Below, in pieces: positions 63,623 to 64,000 of a stretch of DNA of 64,000 nt. Below the pieces are notes generated by a model. The model saw only the letters and a list, made by a program, of their open reading frames with translations, searched no databases and was not told where the DNA came from. The position numbers and the translations under genes were made by a program. The stretch comes from Escherichia coli (GTDB lineage: Bacteria; Pseudomonadota; Gammaproteobacteria; Enterobacterales; Enterobacteriaceae). Positions within the stretch are counted from its first letter, which is position 1, and each line of letters begins with the position of its first letter. The stretch is from the NCBI RefSeq assembly GCF_036507355.1, contig NZ_AP027877.1; one strand, written 5' to 3'.

Positions 63623-64000
63623 ATGGCAATTAAGAAGCTCGATGATGGTCGCTATGAAGTGGACATTAGACCTCGCGGTCGCGACGGAAAACGCATCCGC
63701 AGGAAATTCGAAAGAAAAGCTGAAGCACTAGCATTTGAGCGATACACAATCGCCAATGCCAGTCAGAAAGAATGGGGAGGCCAGCGAGCAGACCGCCGGA
63801 CTTTGAGTGAGTTGCTGGACATCTGGTGGAAATATCACGGGCAAAACCACGAGCATGGAACAAAAGAGTTTAATCATCTACTCAAAACCATCAGCGGCAT
63901 AGGTGATATACCAGTGAACAGGATGAGCAAAAGGGCTTTGATGGATTATCGTTCCATGCGACTACGTGATGGTATCAGTGCCGCAACGATAAACCGTGAC
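63623..64000 (+). CDS. tyrosine-type site-specific integrase, N-terminal part (truncated by window end)
   Basis: GGAGGG SD 8 nt upstream; 126 codons open to window end; MAIKKLDDGRYEVDIRPRGRDGKRIRRKFERKAEALAFE is a typical arm-type DNA-binding N-terminus; not in the ORF track because there is no stop in the window. Confidence 0.75.
   Translation, partial: MAIKKLDDGRYEVDIRPRGRDGKRIRRKFERKAEALAFERYTIANASQKEWGGQRADRRTLSELLDIWWKYHGQNHEHGTKEFNHLLKTISGIGDIPVNRMSKRALMDYRSMRLRDGISAATINRD

Larger units (their letters stand above)
60720..64000. mobile_element. integrase-associated integrative element or prophage remnant (partial; continues beyond window end)
   Basis: AT-rich segment with tyrosine integrase 5' end, XRE regulator, excisionase-like gene, operator palindromes and an IS; replaces expected cpxP/cpxRA neighbourhood of fieF. 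Confidence 0.5.

Overview
This window reads as an Escherichia coli-type chromosomal backbone, collinear with the K-12 fieF to sthA segment in reverse orientation, interrupted by several AT-rich accessory segments. Gene names are assigned from recalled protein sequences and synteny, not from a database search. The backbone carries pfkA, sbp, cdh, tpiA, yiiQ/R/S, uspD, fpr, glpXKF, zapB, rraA, menA, hslUV, ftsN, cytR, priA, rpmE, yiiX, metJ/B/L/F, katG, yijE/F, gldA, fsaB, ptsA, the frw/pfl cluster, yijO, eptC, ppc, argECBH, oxyS, oxyR and sthA. All backbone genes appear intact except yiiX, which carries an in-frame TAG at codon 77. Four regions depart from the K-12 order: (1) a two-gene cassette of tandem paralogous membrane proteins between rraA and zapB (46.7-48.2 kb); (2) a PTS EIICB plus MalI-like LacI regulator island between metF and metL (29.6-33.3 kb), with a tandem palindromic operator and a 5'-nucleotidase gene remnant; (3) foreign DNA upstream of fieF where cpxP is expected (60.7-64 kb), containing a 170-aa hypothetical gene, an IS30-family insertion sequence, an excisionase-like gene, palindromic operators, an XRE-type regulator and the 5' end of a tyrosine integrase that runs off the window; (4) an M20D amidohydrolase where fabR is expected at the left edge. 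The best candidates for an undescribed system are the paralog cassette and the cargo of the integrase-associated element. Hand-mapped intergenic coordinates are approximate (about +/-2 bp); one hand count near 30.1 kb disagreed with the ORF track by 1 nt. GC content was judged by eye on sample lines, not computed.
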